A stretch of DNA of 64,000 nucleotides from Phoronis australis (lineage: Eukaryota > Animalia > Phoronida): positions 68,954 to 132,953 of the forward strand of contig NMRA01000567.1 of the NCBI GenBank assembly GCA_002633005.1, given 5' to 3'. This document shows, in pieces, positions 38,201-53,200 of the stretch. A program made the position numbers and the translations under genes. Below the pieces are notes generated by a model, which ran no database searches, was not told where the DNA came from, and was given only the letters and a program-made list of their open reading frames with translations. Every line of letters starts with the position of its first letter. Within the stretch, counting starts at the first letter, position 1.

Positions 38201-41200
38201 CTGTGTTAAGAACGAGGTCAGCTTGACTTTTTCGGCATTTTTCACTTATTTGATTTTCATATAAGCATCTGTCACCTGCGTCTATGGCATAATTGATCTT
38301 GTGTTTTACTAGTTGCCAAATTATTATTTACTATTATAATGAGTTAATTAAAATGGAAATTATTTCAAATCATTACAGACTGTGAATCTTATATTAGGTC
38401 TTGGGTCAGTTTCGAGTTAGTGAACAGGTTTAAACTTTTGAAATGTTATTCGAAGTCGCAATTTCTTTTTTAGGTTTGGCTTGTATGGCAACCCTTGTGA
38501 GCCATCTCTGTTTGACGTGGAACCATTGTCGCGCACCACATCCTCTCCCACACCCACTCCAGCACCCAGTGGACCTATTACCTATGCCCAAGCAGTCGGT
38601 AGTGTACCGCCTGTGTCAGCCCTCTCTGCTGGCATGGGATCAGTACAGTCATCATCAGCAGCAAGCAGCAGTTCTCAATCTCCTGCGGACGATATCGACT
38701 TTAAGGTGTGTAGAGGATGGAACCATTGCCTCCTCTTTATATCCTTGTTTAAAGCGTACTTTCAATGGTATTTGGTTCCTGCTTTATATTTTGAGTGTCT
38801 CTCTGAGCACACAAATGTCATAAATTGCCAACAGTTATGATTACTGACTTAAATTTGTCTACATAACCACGATGATCCTCGTATGGTGTTCTATTCAGAT
38901 CCCTTTTCAATGCAACTTCTTATTATGTAGCTTCACCGAAGTTATGACAAAAACACACTAGGAATCGTTTTAAAGTAAATTACAAATTTTGGCTGTGACT
39001 TTTCGACGATTATTCACAAGAAAAGATGTTGTACCCATCTTTTACACTGATTGTGTTTGGTGTTGTTAATATCATTTTCTAATGAGTTTCACTGATTATC
39101 TCCCCTGACCACAGGACCTCTTGTCGCTGAGCTCGCGGTCATCTGCTCGTTCGTCTCAGTGTAATGATAAGTTGCATGGTCTCCTAGAGGTGGAGCCACT
39201 ACACTTTGTCTGCCATGCCACTAGCGATGGTACTAAGATGGAGAAACTGGAACCAGGTCAATCATCCCCACGAGTCACAAATATTTGTAGTTTTGTCAAA
39301 GTTATCTTAAAAGTCTTGAGAGGAATCAGTTTAAAGATCAATTGTTCTTTAATGGAAAATTAGCCAAGAATAGTTACTGCAATGTTTTGTACATTTTTGT
39401 TAAGATGCGATGATTATTTTTTTGGAAACTACTGCATCTTCACGGTATTAATTTTTAATTAATTTTTTTGGTATTGACTAACTAAAAGTAATGGTGAAAA
39501 TCAAAATTTAGTTGCATTTTTATATTTAAATGTCTTTCGACCATTCAACGATGAAAATGCAATTGATGTGTTTGACCAAATGTGAGGGTCAGTGCCCAGT
39601 TCAGACTGAGATTAGACTAGTATGCTATCTCCTGCAAATACTTCCCGTTGTAATCGTGTATTACATGTTTATTACTCTTTTTCCAGGTGCCAACACTACG
39701 ATGTCCTCTGTAGGTAGCACGGGCATGACCTCATCGGGGGTTATGTCATTTATCAACCATGCCAACCTGCCACCAGCAGCAAGTGCTGCCGGTGCTGCCC
39801 TTTCATCACTCTCCTCGGCAATGGCGTCAGCGGAACAACAGCTGCAGCAACTGCAGTTGAAGACAACAACTCTGATGAAACTGCAGCAGCAAAAGGCAAA
39901 ACTCGAACAGAAGCTGGCCGAGTCGAAGGGAGCAGCCATCTTGTCATCTGGTTCGACGAGTCTGAGCAGCACTCCGCCAGGCTATGCCTGGCATGACACA
40001 TTGCCGCCGACGCCCAAAAGTACGCCATTATTCATGACTCCGCCTGTTACTCCACCTAATGAGTCGCAGGTGCTCGGACAACCTGTGGCTGCGGCACAGA
40101 CGATGCCATCGGTGCCTGAGGCTGTTGACCATCCACTGGACAATTCAACGACAATGAAATCATCAGACAAATCAGCTGGAAAGGTGAGTTGAGGTCGCTA
40201 CAATGTTAAACATCACTTGTAAGAATATATGAATGGGAATTCTTACTATTTATCATACAAATTTGGCATACAGGTGAAATTTTAATTCTTCAAATTTCTC
40301 AACAAAAAAACCTGTAGTATAGATTATAAGCTAGGATTGGGCTATGTAGATTATCAAAATAAGTGAAAAGTAATGTAGTTATCCTGTTTATTACTGTTTA
40401 TTAACTAAATGCCCTGAGGCAGAACTCTGCCAAACTTTGTCAAATTGTATGCCAGATTTTTTTGTGGCAATAATTTGGAACTTTTGTCATGATGATGTTC
40501 TTGAACTTTTGTCCTGGGAGGTGATTTTGACATTTCTAGTTGCCAGTTATAACAGACATGTATTCAGAATTCTAGGAAACAGTCGGGTACAAAATCGTTT
40601 AACTGAATTTAAGAAAAATTTATCCAGGATTGAAATGAATAGTTAGCCACCCTGATGTATTTTGTCAACCAGTTTATTTTGAACTGCTGAATGTACTGGT
40701 GTCTGTGATGACAAATTCCATCCCAATGTGGTCTTGGTAACTTAAACTATTTTATTACATGACCACTGATACTCCTCTCCTCTGATTACCTTTTAAAGGT
40801 GTAATGCTGATGGGCTAGGCATGGGATAATGCTTTTCATTCATTCTGTCCGTACCTCTGATGCATCTCTTCATGATCTGCCCAACTACAGGCTGCAGAAA
40901 CCAAACGCTTTGAGTCGTGTATTACTAAACAAAGCAAGAAGATGATAGAATTCAGAACGGATAAAAACATGCCAATCTAACAAGAGCCAAAGAACTCACA
41001 GGGAAGAAACATAATTATTCAGTGTTTCTATCATAAAACAAAAAACTGTTGACCTATCACTTACACATATCAGGTCATGTGGACCTTGTGTGAGGAATGT
41101 TACCTTTGAAAGATAGCACTTTCTCAGCCCATATCACCTAGTGTCACCCTCGGGATTAGTCTATGTGTACATAATGCTCCACAGGGATCACTGAAGGCTC

Positions 41201-44200
41201 CTGGCCAGCCAACGCCCAAGTCATTCTACGGTCAAGCATCAACATTTTTACAACAACCAACCCCTCATGTTCTAGTCATAGAACGTATGCATTCAGGTGA
41301 GATGTTTTTAGAGCTCTGTGTAAACATAGTGATTGGGGGCAGATCGATTCATGTCAGCCTTTTGTTTTCCTACCTAAAGAAGTTTTCAATAAAAGTTCAT
41401 GAGTTTTGTTGAAATTCATCTCCGTTCACTGATATTATTATGTTGAAAATGATTAGTAGTTTGATGAATGTCATTTGCAAATTAGCCAGAAGTAGTTGTC
41501 TTGGAATTTTGTTGAAAAATTAGTGATTGCGCACTGCTGAAAACAGCCAGCCATGGGTATTTAACATTGATTATGGAAACTGCAATTAGTGAGAGCTCCT
41601 TGTGAGGCCAGGCAAAACTTGATAAAACTGTTGGGGGCTAATGACCAACTGAGTGGAAAGTTGAGTATAACGAAAGCAAAAAAAAAATAGGAAATGAGTC
41701 GCAGATCTGAAGAGATAAAAATAGTAAGAAAACTTTTGACCAAATATTTCATGGATTTTCGAGAAGAGATTTCGTAATTTTTTTTGTTTAATTGTTGGCC
41801 TGCAGCAATTTCAGAAAGTGAATTTCGTGGAAATTGCTCTATATTTGCAGGCATTGTGATCAAATTTTGAAGGAAATTGGAAGCAGATTTTTCTGAAAAT
41901 TTGTACAAATTAATCTAACGAATTTTGTCAACAACAGTAGAAAATTTTTCTTCTTGCTCGCTTCATTACGAAAATAAGCAAAACCAAAATTAAAGATTAT
42001 GGTCTCAGTAGTTGTTGATGACTGTCTTGACTGCGTGGTTTATGTGGCTGCTGCAAGGTGTTTTTAATACCAGTGTGAGACTCATTAATAAGGAACTACG
42101 TATTAATGAGACATATTTTCAGTTGATATTGCGGTTCTTCATGCATTCACATATTTTTAATGTCTTATTTTCTTTGTGTGTTCATTCACCAGCTGATGTC
42201 TGAGCACAGCACTAGGTCAGTTCAAGAGATTGCTGTACATAAGTGATGGCTTCTGTGGGTATTTTAAATAGTTTGCTGCAGGTGGTTAAATCATTCACTC
42301 TCATTTTTGTAGGTGCACGGAGATTTGTGGTGTTGGACTTTGGCCACCCCATCCTCTTGACAGATGTACTTATCCCGTCGTGTGCCGACCTCGCGTCACT
42401 TTCAATTGACACTTGGTGTGATGGTGAAGAAACCGATGGACAGCGACTGGTGATAGCCCAGGACATCAGTTCACGCTCGCTAGTCATGAAGGACCTACTA
42501 CCGTCACCTATGTGCCGATATCTGAAGGTAGCGTGCAGTGAATGGAAGTTTTGAATACCTGACCTTGGTACTGATTCTCCACAATGTTGAGTGACTAAAT
42601 AACCTTTACTCTGGATGCCAACTAACATCATTTGTATTTTTTCCTGGCTAGAACTTTTTTTACTTCATCTGGTATAGATTGGTCAGTGATAAAGTCATTG
42701 CTGCTGTGTACGTCTGCCACTTCTTGGGATGTTATTTGCTGCAGAAATGCATCAAATGTCAAAGAAGCAGTCTGCCACTGATTTTATATTGTCAGTAGAA
42801 CTAATTTTTATGGGGTGGATTGTTAACATTGTTTTGTTGGCAAAACATTAAAAGAGGCCTGAACTACATGTTTCGGCATTTTAATATGAATTTTGAAAGT
42901 ACAAACTAAGGTTGGTTACTGACATCCACATATTACTAAATAGTGCACAGTGTTTTTCTTTTTTACTTTGAAAAGTAAGAAGTTATTAGTTGCATAAAGC
43001 CCCACTACAAGCGCTGTTTTTCGTGACGTCACTGAGGCTCTACAGCACAAAGAGATATAGGTCATTAGCCGTGCGAGTACGTAGTCTAGTCGACAGATCA
43101 ACATGTGCATACTCACCTTTTTCGTTGTTCTTTCCTGTGACTTTGATTCATCCCAGGGCCTACCCAGCCATCTAGATTATGAAGAGTATCTTCAAAATAC
43201 AACTAGGTACCAGTAGCACTGTGTGTTGAGCTCCGTTATAGTCGTAAATTTCACATAGCCCGGATAGTTCTGCTCGTCACCACGTCGCGAAACTTATAAC
43301 AATATGTAGAGCTCTAAACCGGCAGGGGAGCGTGCAAATAGCTGGGTGTCAACCAACACTCACCTTGCCCGCTGGAGCCATTTAAGTGAAAAACAATCTA
43401 GTATTTCATAAGTCTCGGCCTTTTATAACAAAGAGAATGGTACGCTCGACGCACGCTGTGTCCTAAAATTTTGCGACATCTGTTGGGAAATGATGACAGC
43501 TTCGCAGGAGCAAAATTTTTTATGAAATTCAGTTTCCTGGTATTAAAATAATAAAAACTTGTAAGGAAATGAAATCAGCTCTAGTAATTTGTTGTGACAT
43601 GTACACAACTTCGAAAAACAGTTCGATCGCTTGGAAGAAGAACAACTCGGGGGAACGAAACTGGCCAAAAAGGCAATAGGTGGCGGCGCCAAAAGTCAAC
43701 CTTAAGGAGCGCACCCAAATTTTAGCAGCAGAGTGAATGGCAGAATGCCAATTTTTTCAAAACCAGTCAATAATTTAGTTTACTCAAGGAAGAGTGTAAT
43801 TTTTAATGACACTAATTTTGTGTCAGATTTTATTTGATCAGTTTTTACCCATGTCGGTGCAACAGCCGCTGTAATTATTACTATACAGCTTGCACCAAGG
43901 TAAGGCTACGCAGTCGGGGCACTTTCCCCTGGTCCGTGCCGACATAGACTATAGTACTATAATCTATGGTGCTGAGAACGGCATCGTTCCACTAATAGTC
44001 AACACTACATGGCAGTAAATTTGTCAATTACAAACTTTTGAGAGCCGAGATCGCAGACGAATTATACACATTAAGAACAGTTCTGTAGCCGAGAGGCATT
44101 CACCCAAGAAGCTATATACCAGTAGGGCCTACATATTAAGCTTGATTTATCTTATTGCCTTCACCCACGGTACAGCCTCAGTGACCTCAGATGCGCGTTA

Positions 44201-47200
44201 GCCAATAGGAAATAACATTGGAAAAACACTTTGTTACAAAATTGTGAAAGAGTAACAAAGATGTAATTTCTGATATAGACTTTATTCATCAATTAAATTA
44301 CATTAAAAATGCATGTTATTGTACTTCAGGAACCTTTTAACTAGCCACTGGCAGTCAAATGTCTTGCCTTCTTGTTTTTTAGATCACTACTGTGGGCCGT
44401 TATGGCGCTGGCACATCACGTTCCCGTATCCCTATTGGTTCATTCTATGGCCATTCTTTCATCTTGCCTTGGGAGGCTGGCCCATCAACCAATAAGCCAT
44501 CGAGCTCTAGCCTGGCCTTGCAACCTGATGAGGAGTCACGGCTGTTTTCCCAGCTGGGTCTCTTGATGGGTCTTCAGGAAGACATTCAATGCCGCTACAA
44601 CCTCGCCTGTAGTCGTGTGAACGCTCTCGTGAGCAGCATAGACTTGAACTCGACAACGTATGAGGCTGCTCCACCAGCACAGCGGGAGAAGTCGAAAGAG
44701 GACAAGAGTATTTTGCAGGCACTGAACAGTTGTGCAGCACTGCAACTGCAGCTCAATCAGGCCTCGAGGGCCATAGAGAGGCTACAGGGTGCCTTGGGGA
44801 TCCCATCCGAGGCCAACATTGGCGAATCCACCAATTTGAGTGTGTTGCTCAGAAATGCCTCGTCGGATAAACTACGTGTGCTCACAGAGCTTTTGCTGGA
44901 CATACTTCTCCGCATGACTCACGTGACGCCATCAATACCTTGCGTGCCCAAGTCATTGTACCTTACCTGCGACCCGGCGTTTACTGAGCGCCTGTTCAAG
45001 AGTGTGTGCATCGTGGGTACCCGCCCGATGCAGGTGAGCGGCGGCATGTTGTTACTCCGCGTCTGTCATGGCCAACCATGGTGGGGAGAGTTCCTCGGCA
45101 ATATCTTGCTGGACCTCTACAGCTCAGAACAAACTCTTGTCTTCCCCAAGGATAGGTAGGCAGTACAATGGATAACTTACCATTCTTGCGGTGTTGATAT
45201 GGCTAATGGTAAAAGGTGGAAAATCTTGGAATGCTTGACCCTTTTAAATTACTATTTTGAACTTTTGTGCCTTTAAACTGGTGCACACTCATAAAGTTGC
45301 TTTCCTTTAGTTGACATTTTTTGTGATTGAAATTTGTTTATGATATTTGCTTAGTTTAATCGTTCAATCTGCTCTGGCTGCTTGGTTTATTTGTGTACAC
45401 TCTGTTGTTGTTTCTTTTGTAGAGTTTTTATTTTGCTGTCGGCTCTAGGTCAGAGGTCACTTGTGAGCAACGGAGGATCTGCAATGATCGAGAGCTTGAT
45501 GTCACACATGACCAGTCTGCTCACCCCCCTTCAGAATAACCAGCACAGTTATTACCGGCAGAATGGTATGAGTGAACATTACTTTGGTGTGGTGTTACCT
45601 ATGCCTAGTTATCAAGTTAAATGTTGTAAGCCAGCGAGGGGTTTTTGGTGGGCACCTACTATGCTCAACAAGAATTTGATGGTCAATTGACTTGCAGCCA
45701 ATATGTCAAACAGAGCTGAGCATACAAATTTTGTAAAATGGACATCATGGACATCAATCTGACAGAAAAAACTCCCAGTGTGGGGCCAAAATACTAGTTG
45801 AGTGTAATTATTACAAAATCAAATTCCCTTATAGTTACTTAATAGTATGTTCTCATCAACAGTCTTAGCTGGCTGTATTTCGCTTCGTTAAACCTTTAAT
45901 TATGACAATGACGAATCGAAGCATTTGTCATCTTATGCTCATGTCATTAAAATTTGTAGTGACTTGAATGGCTCCTAAAGAGCAAAGGGAATTTATATTA
46001 TATAGTTAATAAGTTCACCACCAAAGGAAAAAGCCAAGTAGCAAAGTAAAAAGCAAACTGTAAATAAATAATGCTATCTTTGAATGAATATTAGGTCATT
46101 TAGAGGGCTTGATTTCCTTGCAGTTATATTCGTCATATCATTTTTGCACATAAATTTCTTCATGTGATTGTTATTTAGATGTGCAGGTCCCTTTGCTATG
46201 CTGTACAACTGTGATAGATATTACACAAAATCCGTACAAACTTCCAACCCTGTTTGGATTCAGGTTCAGTTTACTGACTGCGTGACTAGTTGAGAATTGT
46301 TATAGTAGTTATTGCCCTGAAGAATACTGTGATCAAGAACTATGTTCAGGTAGTGGTTAAAGTTTCATCAATTATTTCTAATTTTATTTGGCTCTGGTGA
46401 AATCGTTGTCCAAAGTGATAAAGGAAATCTTAAGTATAAATTGTAAATCACTCAATGTTACGTAATTGTATGACATAGAGGTTTTTGACCAGAAGGCATA
46501 ATAATTAATGTTTTTCTAAAATCACTGTATGATAGCAGCTGTACTAGATGCTGCCAGTCAAACGTCACCCTATTGCCTTGTGAAAAATCATACATGTGCA
46601 TCCCTTTAAGTCAACCTTCTTTTCAGAAGTCCTCAATTTGTTCTGTTTTTACGTAATGAAGTGCTTTTTGTGAAATTGTAGTGACCCTTGATCTGCCTCT
46701 TGTCACGTGGATGTTGCTATTTTTGTCTCGTATCCTTGACAATACAACATCAGGCAGTTACACAGGCAACACTACGGATGACTCAAGTGCTGCGAAAAGT
46801 AGTAAAGACGGTATATAATAAGTTTTACATCTTATTCTGTTACTGCCTTCTTGGTATGAATCAATGTGTTCACCAATTTAACTCATCTTTGGAAATTGAA
46901 AAGTTAAAATTTGCTGTTCAAAGTGTCTCTGAAGCTACTGTGTTTTTGTTTAATATTTCCTTAGTTTTGTTAAGATTTCTAGCTAGTTTTTGTGTGCACT
47001 AGCTTGATATTCAGTGTCATTTCTTACCCCCTCTGTGTGGAGAACTACCATCAGTGAAGCATTCAGGTGAGATCACTGCTATCCCTTGTTTCAGGTAACT
47101 GCACAGGTGGTGTGGGTGGCTCCACCCGGTGGGACTTCCTGCAGGGTGAGGGCGCCCTTCAGGAACTCCAGGGTCTGCTGCGCTCGGCCGCCTCCAGCAA

Positions 47201-50200
47201 GCTGTACCGCCGTAAGCTGCACAAACGCCTACTGCATCACAAACAGCAGCTGTTGAGTCTGGAACAGGCAAAGAAAAAATATGTTGCAATGCACAAGAGT
47301 GAGTGTATGAAATGCAGTGAAAGGTCTTACATTATTGTTCTTTAAAACTTACAACGGAAGCTGGATATCCAATAAAGACTAAACTGCCACACATATAAAG
47401 TTGAAGGCGGAGAGTCATTAAGATGGAAAGAATGATTTTATTGTATAATTTTGTTAAGGAACTGGGCTTTTTTGAAGTCGTGTATAATTAGTGCCAATGT
47501 AAATGACTTGAACTAATAGAAAGTTTTACTTAATATGTTCTGTTTCAGTGTTGTGGTGTGTATTACTTTTCTTATGCTGTCTTTTCTGTCTCCAAGGTGT
47601 CATAAATGAATTGTAGTCAGCTTCTAAATTTTGTTGATTTTACAACAAGAATGTAGTTTTATCAGTTTCGAAAACTACTGTTCTAAAAGCTATACTTTTT
47701 CAATTTAGACTCAAAAATGCAAGAGATGGATCTTGTGCAGAAGCTGAACGACGCCAGCAAGAAGGCGGCTGAGGCGCTGCTCAGTCAGAATGGGGACCAG
47801 GTGTTACCTAAGCAATTGAAACAGCACTCGGCCAAGGTGAGCACTTGTCACATCCTGGTCTTTGAGGTCATTAAGGTCATCATTGGCTGCAGCAAAAGAG
47901 TGACCAAGAAGCAAATCACTAAAGGTTGTAATAGAATAATTAGATGAAAAGTAATTCTGGCCAAGAGTTGTCAGGGAGTAAGTCAGTATAGTGTTAGTTT
48001 TTAGTTGGTCGTGTAATATTCGTTTTTAGTTTTTGTCGAGTCCAACCTAATTATGACCGACTTGTATGTTGAAAGCTTTTAGAAGCTTTTATTTTTCTGT
48101 GAGGTTTCCCATGCATTTCACTTTTAAGCAGCAATATTTACTAAAATTGTTTCACTGTAAGCCAGGGTTGATTGAAAATTTCTGCACTTTGTGCAGTAGT
48201 TTTCAAAATGAAATGGACAATGTCGAAAGTTTCAGCACACAAAACATTCATTTAATATCCATGTATTTTCAAGTGGAATCCATGATTTAAATTCTGGCTA
48301 AATCTCAAGAAAATCTTAGCAGGTGTTGCATGATGCACATTTTTGAAACTGCGACAGATTGCTGTGCATGTCCATTACATTAAACAAGAAAATGTAATTC
48401 CGAGTTTTGATATCGTCGGGAATCTTATTTATTTTCTTTCACTTATCCTAATTTAATGTTGCCCAACTTGTTCTAACCACAGCACCTTAAGGATATCATT
48501 CAGATTCGTCGCACTGATGGAGATTTACTCCGTAAACTGCCAAAAGATGGCGATGACTCTGCAGCCTGTGAAGGAGAGCCCCTACCTGATCTGTGCATTG
48601 TTCTGCCACGTGACAAGTGTCTCTCTGTGATCCGTGGGCTTGTGGCGCTCGTCCTGGCTTTGGATTTCTCTTGTAACGTGGATCTTTTCTTGGTGGCTTG
48701 CAAGGTAAAGGGAGTGTCACGTAGTTTTCAAATCGAATTTTAGCAACGAAAATTTAGTAGCTTCCAAAATGTTTAATGACAATTTGACGTTATTTATCTT
48801 ATCAAAAATAGGCAGAAATTCGGAGAAGAAATTTAGGGCTAATTTGTGTTATATTTTTGCCGTTTTTTTCTGGGCTTTCTACCATAAATTCGGCAATGAA
48901 ATTCCTCAACTTTTTTTAATAATACAGAAATTGTATTATTACTATCAACATAGTATATTTATTATGACCATAGTTACTTATACTTGACATGGTGTTTAAG
49001 CTAGCAGATACACAATGTAGAAAGTCTTGTCCATGAAGTGCTGCTTGGTAGCATTACCATAAAACTGTAACAGTGGTTTGTAATGCAGTATTCGCCGTAA
49101 TAACCGCCCAGGGTGTTGAGAAAAGTTCGATTATAACCCAAGGCCGTTGAAACCCGGTCTCCGAAACGGGTGAAATCGGAAGCTAAGATTCATCATTTTT
49201 TCGCTCTGTGACATATCTGTAATCTATGAAAAACTTTCTACAAAACCATGGTGCATTGCTATCAAACTTTGCTACTAAGTTACGATCATTTTACAGAAAA
49301 TTGTGCTGAAATCCCAGGGTGAAAACTTGCTGACTGCCTGCCTCGCAGTCGTCGATATGGTTTCTTGAATGCTTGAATAAATATACAGTTTCGACTCGGG
49401 CAAATTACCTGAAATCTTCCTTAAGTTTTCCAAGCAATGCCCCTAAGATTTTTAAGTCCCATGGAGTCGGGATTAACAGCAGGTTTAAGTACAAATCTGT
49501 GCTACATCGTGCCATCTACATGTGTGATCTGTAACATTAGAAAAATGTCTGGACGAACACACATGTTGTTGTCACGTGACCGTTTTGTTTTGAAGTTGTC
49601 TGCGTTTGTGAGTAAGGGATTGCGTGCGTGTCACCAGAGTTTCATGTGGCTGGATGCATACGTTACTATCTGACAGTTATTTTTCGGTGTAAGGGTGTGT
49701 AAGCATTCACTGTCAGTGGTCATTTTATCAGATATTTGGCTTAAAAACATCACTTATTGTTAATCAAACAATTCATCTTAAAAATAACGCAAACATTTTT
49801 TATAGTATTAGAAACTGTCGGAAATTTCTTGCCGATGCTATGCTACCCGTTTCATGAATGGATAGTTCCCGACTAATGTCTTTGATGACAGGTTCATGTA
49901 TGTAGCGCGCGCTTCCTGGCCACGTGCTTTTAACACTGGCCAAGCTTTTTATTAGTCTTCAATTCGCGGTTTTCACGTGTAGGCCTACAAAGAAATTTGG
50001 ATTCTTGTTGAAAGTGGGAAATATCTACAAAGCAATCACGCAGACAAGTACACTACTTCTGTTCTGAAAGGCCAGACCATTGGTCCTAGCAATATCAGCA
50101 GAACTTTTGTGTTCGTTTTGAGGTGTGGGGGAAGTTCTGAAGTCTATAATCACGGCTAAATACCGACATAGTGGCGAGGCTTGTGGTCTACAAATTCTGC

Positions 50201-53200
50201 ACGCAATGATTTTTTCAGGACTGTCGGATATTATTGATCAATTGAAGACGTTACTGTAGAATTTTAGGACTGTAGGTAAGGCTTCGCAGGTACATGTTCA
50301 TGGACTGGGCGCTTATTTTAGCAAAGTCTGAAAACGCATGGGGGGCGATTATAGGGGCATGGGCGGTTATTACGGTGAATACGGTACGTTGTTGCTACAT
50401 GCCTAATCCAGTGCTCAGTCATCATGTGTTCTGGGCACCAGAGGTCACGTCACGTGTCATTATTCATGTAGAAGTTGCCATTAAGCTAGGCGCTGTTTGC
50501 TTAGGAAGGAACACTCTGTTTAAGTATTGGTCTATTTAGTTGAAGCATTGTCTCATTGTTGTTGCAAGGTGATTGCCAAGATCACAACGACCACTCGGCC
50601 AGCCATCAGTCTGTCAGAGGCTATGACACAGGAGCAGTTAGAGAAGCTTATCCTATTGTGCGCTAATGTGGAGTATAACCATGGCAACATTAGCTGGGGC
50701 GGTCCGTGGGCAGGGCATGCCATTGTCTGTCTTTTGCAAGATATTCTTGAAGGTAGGTTTGTGTGCAAGAAATACGTTGTTCTGTCACACGCATGAACAA
50801 AGTTCCTCACCCATAAACATGACTCACTCAGTTTACTGACTCATAGTCTGGTTCCTATACTCACAAACACAGTGCAGAGACTTCCAGCAGCTCTATTTTT
50901 GGCTACGTCTTGTTTGAGTCATACCAATGAATCGGTGAACTGTGTTTGCCGAGCATATGGTTCAGACTAGTGTTGCTTTCACATCTTGCAGTTGCCGAGT
51001 GATAGTGGTGGAATGCTATAGACATATTTTTTACATGATGAAAGTGTCATGCAATATGCGACGGATGCAGAAACTTTCAATTGAAAACTTGGGTGCTTCA
51101 GGTGAAAAGCTGTATCCACCAACAACCGTGAATGAGGTCACCGACGATGAAACCTCCAACTTTTCGGAGAGTGAAGGGTCTCAGGACCGAGAGAGTCCTT
51201 CGGCAGGTGACGATGAGGACCAGCCAATCATAGTTGTTGAAAATGGAGCAACTGCTGGCACTAATGGTTAGTTATTCACACCTAAGCACCAGTATTCTAT
51301 GATTGATGGGGAAATACTGATGAAGGTTTTACCATGTACTCTGTTGATATGCAGAGATATATTTTGATAGGTCATCATTCTTGAATAAAATACATAGTCA
51401 CCTACTCTCTGTACTCCTAGAGATTTTGTCTGCTTTTTCTAACCAACCTTAGTTTAATCTCTGGATCAAGTTTCTCAAATCTTTGCATTTGAATGTTTTA
51501 TTTTTTTCTTTCTGTGAAGAATGTTTTACCCTGAATGCATCTCCTTACTTTTAGCGTCGCCTGGACCAAAAAAGGGAGAGAAGTACGACAAGGAGACGTC
51601 TCTGTTTATGGACCTCCTGCTGGGAGATGCATATGACAATGTGGTGACGACAAAACTACACGAGTACATCACCGGGGAGCCCAAGTCTACCGACGTCAAC
51701 ACAAACAGCACTTCGGTACCTGACTGGAAGAGTATCACGTAGGTTTTAGGTTTTGGCAAGTGCAACCTGTGAGGGAATTGAAAGACTGTTGCACAGACGT
51801 GAGATGCTCTTTCTGATCGAACTTGAATGCAAACGGTGATCGAATTGTTCAATTTAATGATGTTCATTGGCTATCTTGTTATATCCTTAGATTCCATATT
51901 CTTTTTGCCTTTCAGTGCCCAGTCAAGCATTATATTTTGAATCTATTTTTTTCTTGTTCAACTTTGTTGGCTACTTACCAGTTTTTGATCCATTTAATTC
52001 CAACTTTCATGGGATATAACTTCAGTTTAACATTACCATCAGACGACAGGATGACAGTGTTGCCAAATCCTGAATTAAAGTTGAGGTTTTCCGTTTTGTC
52101 CCGTTATGAAGAAATTTCTGTTGATCGCTTACTTGTTGCATTGCAATTGATGTAATGCCATCAGAACTATCCAACTTCAATGTTTAATTGACTCAAATGG
52201 GGCTATTCTGATTCAGCCTACGAAATTAAGATCAGACATCATATTAGCTGGGGCAGGATTCTGAATTTCAACCAAAACCCTTTGGGAACCATCAATATGG
52301 TGTTGTAACACATCATAATACAATGTAATGCGCATGTTTCCTTGAAGGTTTCGTAACAAGCCACCAACAAATAATCTTCCAGTGAAAGTGTTAACCAAAA
52401 ACATAAATTTCTCCAAGCTTTAACCCATTTTTAGGTGAGAAGATACTTGTCAGCGTGTAATATGTTAACTTTGCAAATGAAGCAGAGTGTAGCTACTCTT
52501 AATATTTGGCAAATGTGTTTCTGTAGGTACAATGACCTGAGTAGTATGACTGCAAATAGTATGAACAAGCCCAACAATTCACTCAAGGAAAAGTGTGAAG
52601 TGCTGTTGGCGTCTCACCGTAATAACGGTGCTGGACCGCCCCGTGTGTCAACAGCACTGGATGCTAGACTGGAATATGGTGTGGACTGTTGTGCTGAACT
52701 CAGGCTTAAGGTAGGTGAAATTGTCTTGGTGGCTCTTCAATGGGACAATTTACACTTCTTTTAAATTAGTGAATAACGTGGTGCAGTAATCATTAATTGA
52801 TGCAATTCTGTTGCGGTACTAACGAAGAAGACAGTGTTCTTTTGGTACTTTTATCCTGTAGGTTATATGCAAATTAGACTACAGTTTTAATAGTTTTCTA
52901 GATGCATGGAGATATTGCTGTCTCTCTGAATCAGAATTTGTGTATAAATGTGTTATTCTACTGTGGCTGGCAGACAGCCCTGCAGTGGTGGCAGAGTCGA
53001 TACACATAATAAGGATGTCTGTTGTGCGCGTTTATGAAGTTGGAGTTGGAAAAAGTGAGTAATACAGCACACATCACGAATTTTTGGCCGACCGGTCGGA
53101 AATTGGTCGACGACCGGCCGTCGACCGGTCGTCTAGCCGACCACCAGCCGACCAACAACGGTCGGCGAGGAGCCGTCTGCTTAGTCGCCTCTGTGGTCGG

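Noticed and set aside
39830-39920. Gln-rich stretch as a lineage-specific polyQ expansion
   Set aside because: Matches the conserved BIRC6 coiled-coil segment (AEQQLQ...LQQQKAKLE) also present in vertebrates.
40705-40769. Box C/D snoRNA candidate (GTGATGA...CTGA) in BIRC6 intron 20
   Set aside because: Weak terminal stem, no clear C'/D' boxes and no rRNA-complementary guide that I can recognise; expected by chance in 64 kb.
40891-40980. Alternative terminal exon of BIRC6 (cag|AAETKRFESC...MPI*)
   Set aside because: In frame with exon 20, but no homology or transcript support; exon 20 joins exon 21 cleanly.
42960-44220. CpG-rich intronic block with small palindromes (catagactatagtactataatctatg at 43943-43968) and a motif shared with ~29719
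   Set aside because: Probably nested TE debris, but I could not define ends, TSDs or coding remnants.
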